From Tubiluchus corallicola (lineage: Eukaryota > Animalia > Priapulida): a DNA stretch of 64,000 bases. Both the position numbers and the translations under genes were made by a program. A model generated the notes under the pieces. It did not search any database and was not told the DNA's origin. It saw nothing but the letters and a program-made list of their open reading frames with translations. The first letter of the stretch is position 1, and the number at the start of each line of letters is the position of its first letter. Below are positions 1 through 14,700 of the stretch, piece by piece. The DNA is taken from positions 248,001 through 312,000 of the forward strand of contig JAQGDQ010000004.1 in NCBI GenBank assembly GCA_030141605.1, read 5' to 3'.

Positions 1-1671
1 CACCAAGCGTATTAACTTCTAATCATTTTCTAAAATCATTGGTATCTATCCATTCTGATGGTGCCAACAATGCAATCCCAGCATTATTCACAATTGCATG
101 AAGATCTGTAATATAAACAAGCATTGATCATTCACTTTAAGTGACTAGACAGTTAGCCACACAGGGAATCAGCCAGCCACTCACGCCTCTGCATGCTATT
201 TGGTGAAAACATTGTGCATAAAGTTTAAATACTTGTGTAAATCACTTCTGCCTGCAAAAAGAGGCCACTTGTTACATATACATAAGTGAAACCATAGATA
301 CATAAAATTTGTCATCATCATCAAGTAGTCAGTCATCAGTCGATCACCAGATACCCAAACACAGTGAGCAAAATAGACACAAAATTGGTAGTCACTCTGA
401 CAATTAGAAGCGGTTCCTGGGCTCAGTGAAATAAGTAAGCATAATTAAAGTTTTTTATGTATTAGCTTTCCTGTAAAATATTAAATTATATGTAGGCATA
501 TTTCAACATTTGGAAAGACACAATATACATATGTAATGATTATTTAACAAACTTTGCAGATCTATGCAAAGATAAATCAAAAATCACGTACGCTTTCCGT
601 TTAGATTCTCCTTTACATAAGCCAATGCGTTCCTAATACTTTGATCAACTGTAACATCAAGCTGTACGATATGCAACGAGCTTGAACATTCCCTTTTCAA
701 TTTCAGTGCCTCATCCTTTTCTGAAAACAAGCATCCGGCAAAAACTGTAAGGCCGAGTTCGTCGAGTTTCCTAGCTATTTCATTGCCGAAGCCTGTGTCA
801 CAACCTGGCAGAAAGAAAAAGTTGGTTAATTATTTGAGAATCGGAGAATTTGCCGTTTATTTACTTCTCTTTAGATTTTAAATTCTTTCTAATTTTCCAC
901 CTCACACTACTCGCGATATAACTTCGAAAGACATTAAGTAATGACGCATAATATATGCAGTATGTGTAGTAGTAGTAAAAATCTAAGAGAAGAAAATTAT
1001 AAGTCATCAGCTCATCATCAACAGCAGCATCGTTATCACTCCTATCTCCACCGTCATAGTTGGCATATCATCATCATCATCCTGAAAAGCTAAACAAATA
1101 GGGAGAAACACCTACTTAAAGTTATAAAGTCAATTGCAAATTTACATTTTTTTACATTGCAAATTCTGTTAAAATTTTTGTAGTAGGCATTCGTTACTTA
1201 CGCTTAATATCTCTGCTTTACTCGTCTTTACTTTATTTACTTTTATGCAAGTTTAGTACATATACAAATCGTAACAAATGCATGGATTGCAGAAGCCGTC
1301 AATCTTCTACTAGCTTATAATGTTATTAGATACATATGTCCAAGGTAGCTCTTATACAGTCGTTATATACACACATAATTGGAGCGCGAATACAATAAGA
1401 AGATATCATTTCTTCCCATTTAGCAATCTAAGATACCTGTTACAAAGACACATTTCCCCGGCGATGAGACGTACTTTATCTTTCTTCGTCGTTCATAAAT
1501 CTTGCAAAAAACGTAGAATATTGAATAAGAAATAACAAGTTTAAATATCAACGTAAGAATCCAGTGATCAAACAAGAGTGTAACAAAAAATATACTAGCA
1601 AATGCAAAAAAATACGCTACTCTAGTGTGTTTATCTTGTTGATTCATTTCAGCGGTGTTGCTTGTGCCCAT
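1..1671 (-). CDS. Short-chain dehydrogenase/reductase of the SDR9C group (RDH/17beta-HSD/BDH1-like); 5' part only, continues off the window; contains an in-frame TGA at 23-25
   Basis: Minus-strand exons 1671-1437, 804-592 and 105-<1 have GT-AG boundaries with matching phase 1. They translate to a hydrophobic N-terminal anchor, then KCVFVT|GCDTGFGNEIARKLDELGLTVFAGCL...LHIVQLDVT...|HLHAIVNNAGIALLAPSEWIDTNDFRK*LEVNTLG. TGCDTGFG (Rossmann), VFAGCL, LDVT and NNAG are SDR9C hallmarks. Start codon uncertain (1671 or 1647). Confidence 0.9.
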
Positions 1672-2199
1672 ACAAGAAAATTGTGTAGTTTTATAGCTTG
1701 TGCGTACTTTGTGCTTGAACTTTGCACTTCGTGAATAACATACTAACAGGGTACACCGGGGCAAGGACATAAAAGTAACACCTAAGAAAAAAGTAGCACC
1801 TCGCCTGACCTAGGTAACACTTATAATACACTATTTACTGAAACAAGATGCTGAAAAACGCATGATACTCCATCTACAAAGTTCATTTTTGTAAAAATAA
1901 ATTGGAAGCCTTTCCCTTTGGTTTTTATTATTGCGGTTTGATCAGTATCCCCATCCACTTGCATCTGTAAAATCACAACTTGGAAAATTACGCCATTTTA
2001 AACGGGTTTACTTATTTTGCAGGCACTATGCATAATCTTAAGTTTTCGTGAAGAAGTTTTAGGCTTTTTTCCGTTAGATGATAAAAGTATTCATCGTAAC
2101 ATTGAATTATTGATTCAGCACTGAACGTATGTTTCCGTAAGCCACTACACCAAACACCAGAAACAAAAATTGTGACCTCGACGAAAAAACATGAAGTCT

Positions 2200-2795
2200 T
2201 ACCTACTCCATGACACGGAGGTGACGAATCGCATGCAATATCCCCTACCTGGGGAATATCTTGTACCGCCTGCGAGTCTCACGTCCGCAGTCCTGCGCGT
2301 TTTAGGCACAAAATAATAATAGATAATAACGAACAGTATTATCGAACCTAAGTTGTAAGTTGTTGTCAAGCCTGCCTGCTGGAAGACTGTCAGCTGTTAG
2401 ACCATAAACTGTTTGCAGTAAAAATTTGTAAAATTAGGAGTGCAGAATTAGGCGATGGCTGCCACCTTTTGTAGAAAGATAAAACGTGAAAAATTTGAAT
2501 GTGTTAATTCGTAGAACAATTAGTGGAGGCAACTCAGAAGAACAAGCCAATTTTATTTTTTCGACGCCAGATGACGACACAATCCAGCAAAATGTACATA
2601 CTCGAACAGCCGACGGTTTTTCAACACGAGGCAGGAAAATCAGCATAGGTTCGTCAATAGTCACAAACATGGAACATGATTATTGATTTATCATCATCAG
2701 CAATGGAGACAGACTGCCCTTGCTGACAGAAGCCTGTGCGCTTTGTGTTGTGTATGATGTTGGAATGAAAGGAATGATGTCGTTTTGAAAATAAC
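2200..2795. promoter_or_regulatory. Probable bidirectional promoter / 5'UTR region shared by the SDR gene and the Tamalin-like gene
   Basis: Divergent start codons about 1.1 kb apart (1671 minus, 2796 plus). Locally CpG-richer. A minus-strand splice donor (AG|GTAAGA, near 2197-2204) suggests a non-coding first SDR exon. Confidence 0.4.
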
Positions 2796-5700
2796 ATGGA
2801 ATCGCCTACAAGTAAACGCAGAACGCAGTGGTATCATGTGGACGGACAGGTTTTTGTATATTTAAAATTATAAATTGTATATCCAAGTAGTAGCGAATTG
2901 TAGCGAACTGACTCCTAGTATTTAATTTATACAATTCTTTGAATAATTTAGGATCATAGAAAATTATAGACAATTTTTAGCAAAAAAGTAGCGTAATAAT
3001 TTAACTATAAAACCCTATAACGATGTCTTGTACTTAATTAATAGTTTCTTCTAAGTTGCAAGTCGATAACAGGCTTTTAGGGCTTGAACCACGTAGCTGT
3101 AGATAAAAATGACTGTTTAGCTTGACATAATAAGGCTTCCTTGCACTACCAGGATTAGGAATACTGGTCCGATGTGATGCCTCTCACATGATAATGAGAC
3201 AAAAGATTTGTAGGCCTGAACAGGCACTAGGAAACAACTTAGATAGGTACTTTAATAACAATATTGATCATTGAATCATAGTTACAGCAAAATAGTGTGT
3301 GCCTATAGCGAGTTCCTGAATGTAAATACTAAAACAGGAAAGAGACTTTCTCATTCTGGCTTCTTAATGTAAGTTAAACAGTAGGTCTTGTGTCCACCTG
3401 CGGTTCATTTACTTATTTATGGCTTACAATATTGATAACGAAGTTGCTTACTGCTTATAGCCAGGTTATTTGTCGTCATCCTGCTTAATATTACTATTTG
3501 TTGTGTTCATATGGTCATAGGTACACATTTTATGACTAAATACATATTACATGCTGATACTAGGCTAGTCTAAATGTTCGTATATTTAAGCGTCTCCACA
3601 TTATAGTTAAGTTAGACCAGAGCAACTGCATTAACTTGTTTTCCGATTTTCATCATCCAGCCTTGGTAACTTTACTTGCACACAACCATGCACTTTCGTA
3701 ATGTAGTGTATACGTTTGTTTGCAATGCGCTCACGTTATATAAGATAGCTGATAACTCGTTCTGTTCTACAAATTCAAACAGCTTGTACACATTTATAAC
3801 ATTATATTTAGACGTTTAAGGCAAAATTTTTTAATGATCGGTTTAACAGCGTTTCGAAAGTATAAACCAACAAGAAGTAATGAACGATGCCAGCCTACTT
3901 TTTAAATATATACAAGCTATTACTAAAGTGATAAGCCTACAGTAGCTACTGCAGTTTTGTGCACCTAAACAGCTAAAGCAAAGAACGTTTGTTTATTTCT
4001 TGTGTAGCCTGTCTCGTCGACTTATTGACTTTGTTCTGTATCATTATTTTCTCTACGACTATTTAACCGTCATTAACGTCATTCTCTACCCGCAGAATAA
4101 GGTCATTAATGTCGTAATAACCATAAATTTTGCCAGAAATTTATCGTAGCATTTACTAATTATTCATTGCAATTTACGTATCAAAATATATTTGTACTGG
4201 CTTGTATTCGCCAGCTGATAAACTGAAAGTATTGCTTTCTGTCAAAGAAAATTTCAGACCACGTCTAAAATCGCGTTTTTATAACGTGTTATATATTGAA
4301 TCCTTCACTCGTCACAGTTATCGTCATTGTCGTCGTCATCATAAGCATCATCATTCTCATGACCAATCTTTGACCCAAGCAAACTGGGTTAAGTAATATG
4401 CCTTTCGTGGTGGTTAAATGGCGTTAGGAAACATTAGTCTGCTACTCGAAATAAGTAGGATCGCACAACTGTTCATAAAAACAGAGAAATGTTGCAAAAA
4501 TTCCCAACAATCTTCCACTTGACTGCAATTTTCCCGTGACACAAAAACCATTTTTATCGAAAAAGTGAGAGACATTCTTATTTTTTCATTCTCATTTCAC
4601 ATTCGTCAAGAATCAGAATTTCACCGCCAGAATGTTTTCTTTGATACATAAGTTGTGCGACAATAGTTGAAATATAAAAAAACAACAATGTCACTACTCA
4701 ATAATGTAACGAAAACTCTTTAATAAATGCGCCACGTATCGGCCAACTGCCAGGCCCAGAAAATTGCCACCATAAGTTAAAACAATATTTAGTCACAGTC
4801 AGTGCTTAGCGGCCGAAGTTAAACAACGCCGAGCTTGGTCAGTAAGTGGATGACTGTAGGGGACACAGTTTCTGGGCATTTCCATCATGCGTATTGGCAT
4901 ACTAACGCAGCGATTGTACACATCCGAACTATTCTTAGAGGATAACTACTGGTAATGAGATGGATTTGTACATTAGTATGGTTTGTCACGGCTGGTAAAC
5001 GTGCAACAAACACAGGTGCCTCTTTAAAAAATGTACATTCGTATCGAGCATCCTAAAGCTAGAAACTATTATTGCAAGTTTACTACCGTAACTGTTGCAT
5101 CATTTGTATCTCGTGTTCAATGTTTTCAGAGCAGCGTCCTTGAACGAGTTAAAACTGACCATGTCATACCTACGAAATACTCAAATGAATATAAGCGACG
5201 AAGAACAGTCCTAATTCAACGAAAAAAGCGCAGTTTTGGCTTCACGATACAGGTAGGCCTAGATTCAAATAAAAAATCACAGTATTAACGTCGAGCCTAA
5301 AATCATTAGGATTTGCTTTGGCTACAGTTAGATATATAGGTGATGCATAATTCGTTTGTTGCCACCAAAACACATTCTTAGTAATGTTGTAAAAGACGAT
5401 GATAAAATGTTTATAGATTAACCAGCTGTCAAATCTATAATAGGCTTTTCGAATAAATTACATACGCTGTAATTGAAATAGCATCACTAAGATTAATAGT
5501 ATTATGTGCACTAACCCTTAGTCTGTAAATTACAATTACTTCGTTTGCAGTATTTCATGCCATAGCCTCTTGTTTGATAATGTAGTTGGAAAATCAGTTT
5601 TAACAAAATGATTGAACTCGTAGTATGCATTGTAGTTTGTTTGCAAGCACCTGAATTGTGATCGATTATACGAGATGTGATGTTTAATGCTAATTAAGTT

Positions 5701-8700
5701 TCAGAGAATTTATTCACAGTTGGTCTAGTTCTATACACTATTAGTATAGGTTCAGATACTAAAATCTGCATTATAAGAATTACAAGCCATGATTTCGTAA
5801 ATCTCCAAACTTGAAAATCCTCGACTTGTACTAAGCCTTGAGAATTAAGCTTGAGCATCTAATTAGCTGACAAATAAAAGGAAGGAAATGTACTTTTCTT
5901 TCAAGAAAGCAAGCTAAGTTTGTTCAACTCTAAATTATTTTTGTCTACAGCTGCTGTACATGCATCTTAAACAGATTGCATGAAACGACATATGATTGCA
6001 TGCTATGCTCTGACATTTGCTTTCCTTTTCTTAAACTAGAATATAGACTTTTCTGGCATTTATCTAATAATTTTTTAGACATATGGTATACACCATCCAA
6101 GAAGAAATGAAATAGAAGTGCTGACTTATATCGACTATGTGGAATATGGCGGTCCAGCCTATTTAGCTGGAGTCAGACCTGGTAAAGAATTTTTACAATT
6201 ATTTTTCGTAATGAGGAAACGCTTACTTTAGAGCTATAAGGAATTTATTCTTTGACAAAAATTCTAAATTGGCTTCATTTTCGGATTTTTACAGCCAGAA
6301 CTATTTTATTACAAAAACTTGGACCACATTCCACGAACTAGTTCATTGGGTTTGTTATAACCACTGAAACTAGGTTCGTTTTCAAGTTCTAACAAAATTT
6401 CTCATAAATTCAATTGAAATCACTACAAATTTTTATTCTGGCAGCTAAGACCATACAAAATACAAATGCAAAAAAAACCTCTAAAGAATGGAAAAAGTCC
6501 AGCAACATCAGCAGCAACAGCAAACAAATGCAGATGCACTTGTAAGCAAAAAACCATAAAAATTTGCCTATAATCAGGGGTGAAATCACAACCAATAATG
6601 CGAAAACATTTCCCACAGTATCTTGTTCTACTAATTTTCCCTAGATACTGTTAACATAACGTTATAGAAAAAAGCAACTATCGGGCCAGTATTAGTAGCA
6701 GCACAATACAAATTAATGCAAAAATCTTAATAATATCAGTTGTAGAGATGCAGTTATGATCATAAGGATAAGGATAACACTAATAATAGTAGTGATAGTG
6801 GTGGTCATGATAAAGATGGCTTCACCTTTGCTGATAGGTCGGATGACCTTGCAGCAGCAGATTTCACAATGTTATTGACCGTTTTTAGATTCAGTAGAAA
6901 AATCGACTTTTTCTGTTGACTTTTTAGATTATCTTTTGTCTATTTTAGCCAGTCACCCAGTCGGTCTGAGCTGTTTACACAATATTTTATTCTGAAGTCT
7001 GAACTGTGTAATCAAAACCCAAACAGACATGCTCAGAGACTATTGTTCTCCGTGAATTTTTCTCACTACGTTAACTAAGCTGGCAAATCGTTAACTATGC
7101 CAATTGTTCTAGTTTTATTGCTTGGGAATGGCTATTGACAATGGACTTGGGAATAAGTTATGCTGCACATTGGGATAATTATCTTCCAGGCAGAAATGTG
7201 AAGCCATGTGCAATATGCATCGTCCTAACTTTCTTCGCTGTACTTTAATAATTAATAATAAGTGGACCCTGCAGTCGTATACACCGAGCAATCCGTTTAT
7301 TACGTACTCTCAGATGTAATATATGTCGCACTAATGTTGTTATCGCGTTGAATTTCTAAACGCAAAACGGCCATGTTTTTAGTTTTAGGCATCAACTTAG
7401 GCCTTTTGTTGCAATAATTTCCTTCTCGAACCGAAGTTTATATTTGTGCTGCTATCATCTTTTTTTATATTACTAACGCTCTCAAAAATTCAAGTTTATC
7501 CTACTAATAATAAATCATAAGTTTTCGTCATCCATTTCGTGTCTTTCTTTGTAACGACATGAGTCATGGTTGCCCCGTTATGACATGAACTTTGACCAAG
7601 TTTTATTTAATGCTAATATCCCATGATGCGATGCGATGAAAGCCTGCATAGAGAATCTAATATATTTTTTCTCGAGCTGCTAATCAATGTCATTTACTTA
7701 GTCTGTCGACTCTGTGTCTGGCGTTTTATCATAACACAAAACCATAATCACATTTAGTACACTATTCAAACCATTAGCGAATAAGCTTATGCCCATTAAT
7801 GTGCCCCAATAACCCAGCCGGCTACGCATTTTTAGCCTTTGTCGCGTATAGCTTTGGCCGCCACACATAGCCGTGCATCAATAACTTTAGACATTAAAGA
7901 ATTTAATTATACTCCGCGTTGAATTAAGATTTGTGATATGATTTTCGTCCGTACGACGTCTCTATTGATACGCGGAAATCTGCTAAAGTCAATATTTGTA
8001 TAGTCAGTTATAACACAGAAGTTATTCCACAGTAGCTACTGCGTACAAACATCTGAAAAAATGTGAAATGTTGGAAAGTAAATATAATTTGAGAACTGTC
8101 TCAACTCGATATTTTTCAATGAATATTCAATCCGTATTATATTAACAAACCTGTCGTAGCTAGTAAACCGATAAAAGATATACGTGGCTGACCTGTACTA
8201 ATAACAAAACGTTTCCCCCCTTCGTTTACATGAAAATTCGTCATCATCATCAATATCATCATCGTCATACGCCATAGATTACGTCTATTAAAGATACTGA
8301 GCAGTAAAAACCTTTTATCTCTTTAAGTGAACTTGGCGTAGTGATTAGCAATGACCATAATCGTTTGTTACGTTACCTGACAGACTGCAATTTTATATCT
8401 TTGCATTCAGTCATGTACGTAAGGTTCAAATAAATTCTGACATGATTTCTATCCTTGCTTCATGACAACCGTCATTATTTTCATACTGGGGCTAGAACTT
8501 TGGGCCCTCTTCACGTAATTAAAATGCTTGACTTTTTTAATCAGTACGGCAGTTCCATAACACGAAGAAGTCAAAAATCGTATTGCGGAAATTATTAAAA
8601 CTATTAAATCCAAAACCGAGTTTTGAAGCCCTCAGTTCCGCACATGTTCAGTAAATTTACATGGGGTTGTGGACTAATTCTGTCGATATTTTATGATTTT

Positions 8701-11700
8701 TCATTATATATGTTTTATATTCATGAGGCTTTTTCCATGATTCAAAATAACACATTATTATTTAACTAAGATTTGTTATCGCGCTTTCTTTATGTTACAG
8801 TTAATCCATTACCCCTATAATTACCTTATGTCAAAAAGGTTTTGTTAAGCAATGAACTTCTTGCTGTAAGTTTTCCCAGAAGCCATGGTACAGCGTCAGC
8901 TTTACAGGAATAGTTCTGCTTCCCGCTGCTTTTTTCGTGGATTTTAGATTGTCATAAATTTTTGGTTTTTTCTTCTCCGCTCGTTTGAGCTAATATGAGC
9001 GTTGTAAATATAACACTGTAAGTAAAGAGTTAAAAAAGTTTCGTTGAACTTTCCTAATCGTTCACTAGCCATAAACCTCTTTTCACGTCTCGTAATTTAA
9101 GCTGGTAATTTAATGAAAACTATTAGGTGAGGTGGCTCAAAACTTACCAATTCCCGATTAATTTTAATAAAAGCCAGTTGACTAATTGCGGTTGTTAAAG
9201 TTAGGCTGTGGCTTCAGTACACGCAGCTGGGAGTGAGACGGCTCCAGCCAGAGTTTAATAATCAATAGCAGGGACTGCAGCTTCTTCCACAGCTGTACTA
9301 TTTATCCATGTTTCCATGGCAACGCGAAACAATAATTAACGGATTGGGATGATGCTTTAAATCTCAACTGCCTATCTAATTTAACATGAGCTCAGGTTCA
9401 GTGCGACTTTCGTCTCCACTCGTGTTTTTGTTAAATTGTTAAACAGAGATTTTTTTATTCTAATTAATCGCTTGGTGGCAGCACTGAATGTAAAGATCCA
9501 CAAAAAACAAGAACAGGCTGCTGAAAACTCAAATTGAGATTTATTTACAAGAAAACTGCTAAATTTTGCAGTAATTTCTAATAGAAATGCTCAACCACCA
9601 TTAGTGCGGAAACACCAGAATTTAGTGAATATATATTCAAAAATAATCAAACAATCAAAAGAATTTTTCATAAGTGTACAACACCGTCAAAAACGAAAGA
9701 ATCCGAAACTAAAGAGAAACAACTTGACAGATAAAACCTGAACTAATAAAACCAGTGCAAACTGTAAAGTACTAAATAAAGCCCGCTGTATACTTCATTT
9801 TTCGCGTGGGTGTGAGAGACAGATGTCTTTATTTCCCTGTGAAGAGGATTCCAAGATGCCTCCATCAAAAGCTAAAACAATATAACTAAAGAATCTTTGA
9901 AATAATAGAATTCTGAGAAGAATAAAACAGATCAGCTTCTTCTTTGCTTGATTTAATTCCGCTGAAATTCTTGCAACAAATCCATTGATAAACTAATACT
10001 CAAGCTTCTTAATAGTATGATCATAAAGTTTTTCAAGTTTTTAAACGAACACCGAAAATTTTCTAGTTGCAAGCTTGTAATGTCAAATAACGATAAGTTT
10101 ACTTATGCAAAGTTTTATGTACTTACAACGCGAGATAGATTGACAAACACAGAAACAGGCAGAAAAAAACAGAAAAAGATAGACGGATGAGGATGCTGAT
10201 AAATCTTTTTATTTGTCCGTAAATATATACAAGGCCTTTATTTACAGGCCAAAATTTGCAAACGCTGTTTTGTTATAGCAATTTATACCAAAATAGCTTA
10301 AATCAACACAGTAATATGCTATATGTCAAAATAACAATATTATACGAATAAAATAAGAAACTATAACGCAGAATAATAAATTATACAATAATTATTAACA
10401 ATGTAGTATAAGAAAATGTGTGCTGCAACCGTTGTATTTTTTACATTTTTTCTTGATAGTGTACCTAGGTATACTTTAGCCAAGCGCTCTCTCTTGTACT
10501 GGTAATATGTTGGGTAAATGATAAGTTATTGTCTATAATCACATGCAAAGCTTTGCTATTTCACACATATAGTATTTCCTGCCAATTTAAAAATTAGGAA
10601 TTTGATTACCGTGATTTTTTACTTGCCCAATAATATAACTTCTGTTTTGTTTGGCTGGGAATTAATTTAAAGTCTCCACCTTTAGTAGGCACCTACACAG
10701 GTAATCACAGCAAGCTTGTGGCATCATCAGTAGACACATGCAGCGTCCCGTCATCCGCATGTTTAAATTTATCAGTTTCTGCTCGCATACCATCAAACAT
10801 ATCTGCCGGGAAGACTAGAAACAGCAGTGGGGACAACACGGATCCCTATGAGACGCACAGATTGTATTCGAACTCCTCTGAAGAGTAGTCATTCAATCTG
10901 AATACGATGCGTCTAGAATCAAGAAAATTTGTAAGTGAGTTGTAAAAAGTACCTTGACATTAGCACATAAAGCTTACAAATTAGTCTATTCCTCCATGCG
11001 CTGTGTAGCGCCTTTTCAAAGTCGCGCAATATGGTTACGGCCTACCGCTTATGCAGAATATGTTTTTGAAAGCAAGATGTCAACCTGACAAGGTAGTGAG
11101 TTGTGTTTAGGTCTGGTATAAAGCTTCTTGCTGATTATCTATAACCGCGTGCAGGTGGCCCTCAGTCTCGTTTCTGCACCAATTTGCTTACATATGATGA
11201 TATAGTAGTGATAGGCATTTGTGTAGTCCTTTTCGTATAGTTTTGCCAGCATTGCCACTTTTACTTTATACCACAACCAAACTTGGCAAGATATAAATTT
11301 GCAAGCTTCAGAACCACTAATTTCGCCCAACAATCTATATGTTTGCTAACATTAATGTCAAAAGAATTGACTTGCGTCTTAAGTCTTGCCATTAAGGCTT
11401 GAGAGTGAAATTGAGTTTTTTCAAATCTAATTGTTTGTAGAAATGAATTTACGTCCCCTTTTTCATTATTCTTGAAAATGTACTTGCATATCAAATAAAG
11501 AGAGAGAGGAGGTAGACGGTCAGTGTGTTTTACTCACTTTTATTCTTCTCAGGTGATGTGATATTATCTATAAACGGATCTAATTTGGAATATGCCAGTC
11601 ATGAAGAACTAGTGGAATTTATAAAGACTTGTGGCAACTACATCAGGATGGTTGTTCTGTTTGAAGACTGCGTAAGAAAAGTGGAACTTCATATGCGATG

Positions 11701-14700
11701 TATAAAACTTAAGGTAGATAACATTTTATAAAAAAATAGCATAAGTACAATAAATGTTATACATATACAAATAGTACAAGTTTAATAATTATGTAAAACC
11801 AATTAAAAAAGTTACTATTGCACGTACATCTATGAATAACATGCCTAGAAATAGATGGCTTTCATAATAGCTGAATAATCACTGTGTGCATTTGGCTACA
11901 AAGTAAGTTAGTAGTTAGTAGGTGGATGGTGACCTCTTTTGTCGTCCGATTGCTTTACTGGCTCTGTTATGTTTTGTCGTGACGATATGAATCTACGCCC
12001 GACTTAGCTATGAACCTCAGCTAACTATTCTTGTTAAAGTGCTAGATTTTTAGTACTGCCGTAATAAACAACGTACAGCCTTACATTTTTCTGTGCTTCG
12101 AACTGCAAAAATGTTTGTCAGAACTGAAACCAAAAACAAATTATTAAGGCGCTATGGTTTGTTTTTGTGTGTACAATAAAATTCTTTTAAAAATTCCCGT
12201 ATATTTTATTATCATGATATATGGAACCTACTGATAACAATTTCAACAAGAAGCAGCCACGGGGAGTACAGAAAATCCTATATTCCTGTTTATAACATTA
12301 TTTGTAATATTTCCAAGTATTCCAGTGAATGTTAATGAAAAATTCTGCTTTACCATTGATTATTGTTTTCAACTCGTTGTTGCTTTACCAAACAGATCTG
12401 CTTCATCATTAAATATGCAGTTATTAAAATGCACTTTCTTCGTTATTAAGTTGTCAAACATTAGCAAATATTACCGTTGTTATTAAGTTTTATCTGCTAA
12501 TAAAATAGTTCTTTTAGTTATAAATGCATTTTTAATTTATTTTTAGCAAATACTTGCTGATAAAGTCACAGAATATAAGAAACTTTGTGAACAAGAAGAA
12601 GAAATCTTGAAAGGTTTGTAGTTACTTTATTATGAAATTCAATAAACATTCACACAAACCTACGTAAAATGTAAACTCTGTCTTCAAAATTTATTAACCA
12701 AGTGTGGCAGGGCTTTGCAGATACTGTATATTTGACCTACCTCAAAACTGCAAGATGAGTAAAAATATTTTCCTAGGTCTAGGATTGCATTGGTAGCATT
12801 TATTATTTTTTTATTATTGGTAACATTACTTTACTTTTTCACCTAGTAATAGTATATTAGTCTACATTTACTATGCGCGTAACTGTTGTCCTCTTAGCTG
12901 CTATCTTGCTTGTAACTTTAGTCTGGAGAAATGTTTACGCAATAAAAACAACAAATATAGATTTCAATTTTGCCTGCTTATGTATCTATTCAAAAACCAT
13001 AATGAAAGTTGATTATAATTACTATCTGTCTTAATTGGCTTACGAATAAAGCAGTCAGTTTTTCTGTTATGCACTGAAAATTTTTAACTGTCAACATGCA
13101 GCAGCGCGTAGTGTTTAGTGACTGTCAAACATGCCAGAAAAGAATAGGCTTGCAATAACAATTTTATAATCTGTGGCTGGAATAATGGCATTTAAGCGAT
13201 ATCTCACTCTCATGCACCAAGTGCTAATTTTTTTCTAATAAATAATTCTCTGCTCACGTTCTTCATTATTACAGGTCGATGCAATGAAACCGTCCAACAA
13301 AATGCTTTGAACACTCAAAAACTGGACAACTGGTCGATAACACCAGAGGCAAACGTGAAAGTTTTGTATAGGTCTACCTCAACTCAAAATTCGGATTTCA
13401 GTGACACGACAGATGACAGTTTACGAGATGTCCACAGTGAACCATTGATAATGAGAACAAAAGACAGTGTACATAAAGAAGATAAGCACAATTGCAAGAA
13501 TGCTAGTAAAACTCGAGTAATTCGTAGAAGCGTTAGCGAATATGGATATCCACTGGGAAATCATCTGAGTAGAAATTGTTATTCAGATACGTCAAAGAGC
13601 GATGTATCAGCAAGCGAAATATCAACTGGTGAATTGTCAGACATCTCTTGGAGCAGTGACGTATCGGACATGAGTTACCCTGTGACAGATACAAGTGGTG
13701 CCTCATGTAGCACCCTTAATTCTGGGATTTGTTCAGCATCTCATTCAGAAATCGATTCTCCTGCGGAACTTCCCACTCCAGAACCATTTCCACGTTTTCT
13801 CACTGATCGTTTATGGGGCAAATCTAAGGCAGTTTCGGAACTGAATTCTCCTGCAACTCCAGACAAGAAAGTATTCGGTTTTGTGCGGGAAACAAAAAGT
13901 GGTCCCCGAACCCCCACAACACCACTAAAATCATTGCAACTCCATATTAACAGTAGCGAACTAAAGGAAGCCTTAAATAGACTGCGTAGCAGTAGACCAT
14001 CTCCTTCTTATAAGCCAGCTTACGAAATTGAACGTCCAAATTCTGCTCCAGCATTCAGATTCTGCAAATCTAAAACAAAAGAGCGTTCTCGAGAAAAAAA
14101 GAGTCCCCAATTCAAATTAAAGGGACTTGCTGATAAACAGCCATATCAGATTCAACGACCAGCACCCCAAAAGGCTGTGGTAAATCCCGACAACAATTAC
14201 AGTAATACTACTAGCAGTGGTCTATCCAAGAATGCCAGTAATGGCGAATATTGTCAACCAAAAACACAAAATGATCACCAATTTCCCAAAGATAAGACAT
14301 CTATAAATCAACAGAAACCAAGTTTTTACTTAAATCCTGGATCATCTTCTTTAAGAAGTTTTGATCTCGGATGTTGCCTCAAGCTTGGTTTTAATGCTGT
14401 AGAGAAAGATGAGTTTAAGCCAAGCCATTTTAGCTCTCCAAAATCAAACAAGGAAATGTCAATGTTGGAACATTGTAAAACTAACAACGAGTCACCTTCA
14501 ATGGGAATATGTGCCAGCAAACCTCCACTTCCAAGTAGACCTCAGAAAGTTCAAGATACAAAATCTCTTTCAGAAGCAGCATCTAGTGGTAAAGGTAGGC
14601 ATAAGAAATATGAGTCACCAAAAGCTGTAAAAACTGAAAAAAAACAGAATGACAACCAGGGGTCGCCTGTCAGTAAGCATTCAATGTCAAATAGAGATTC

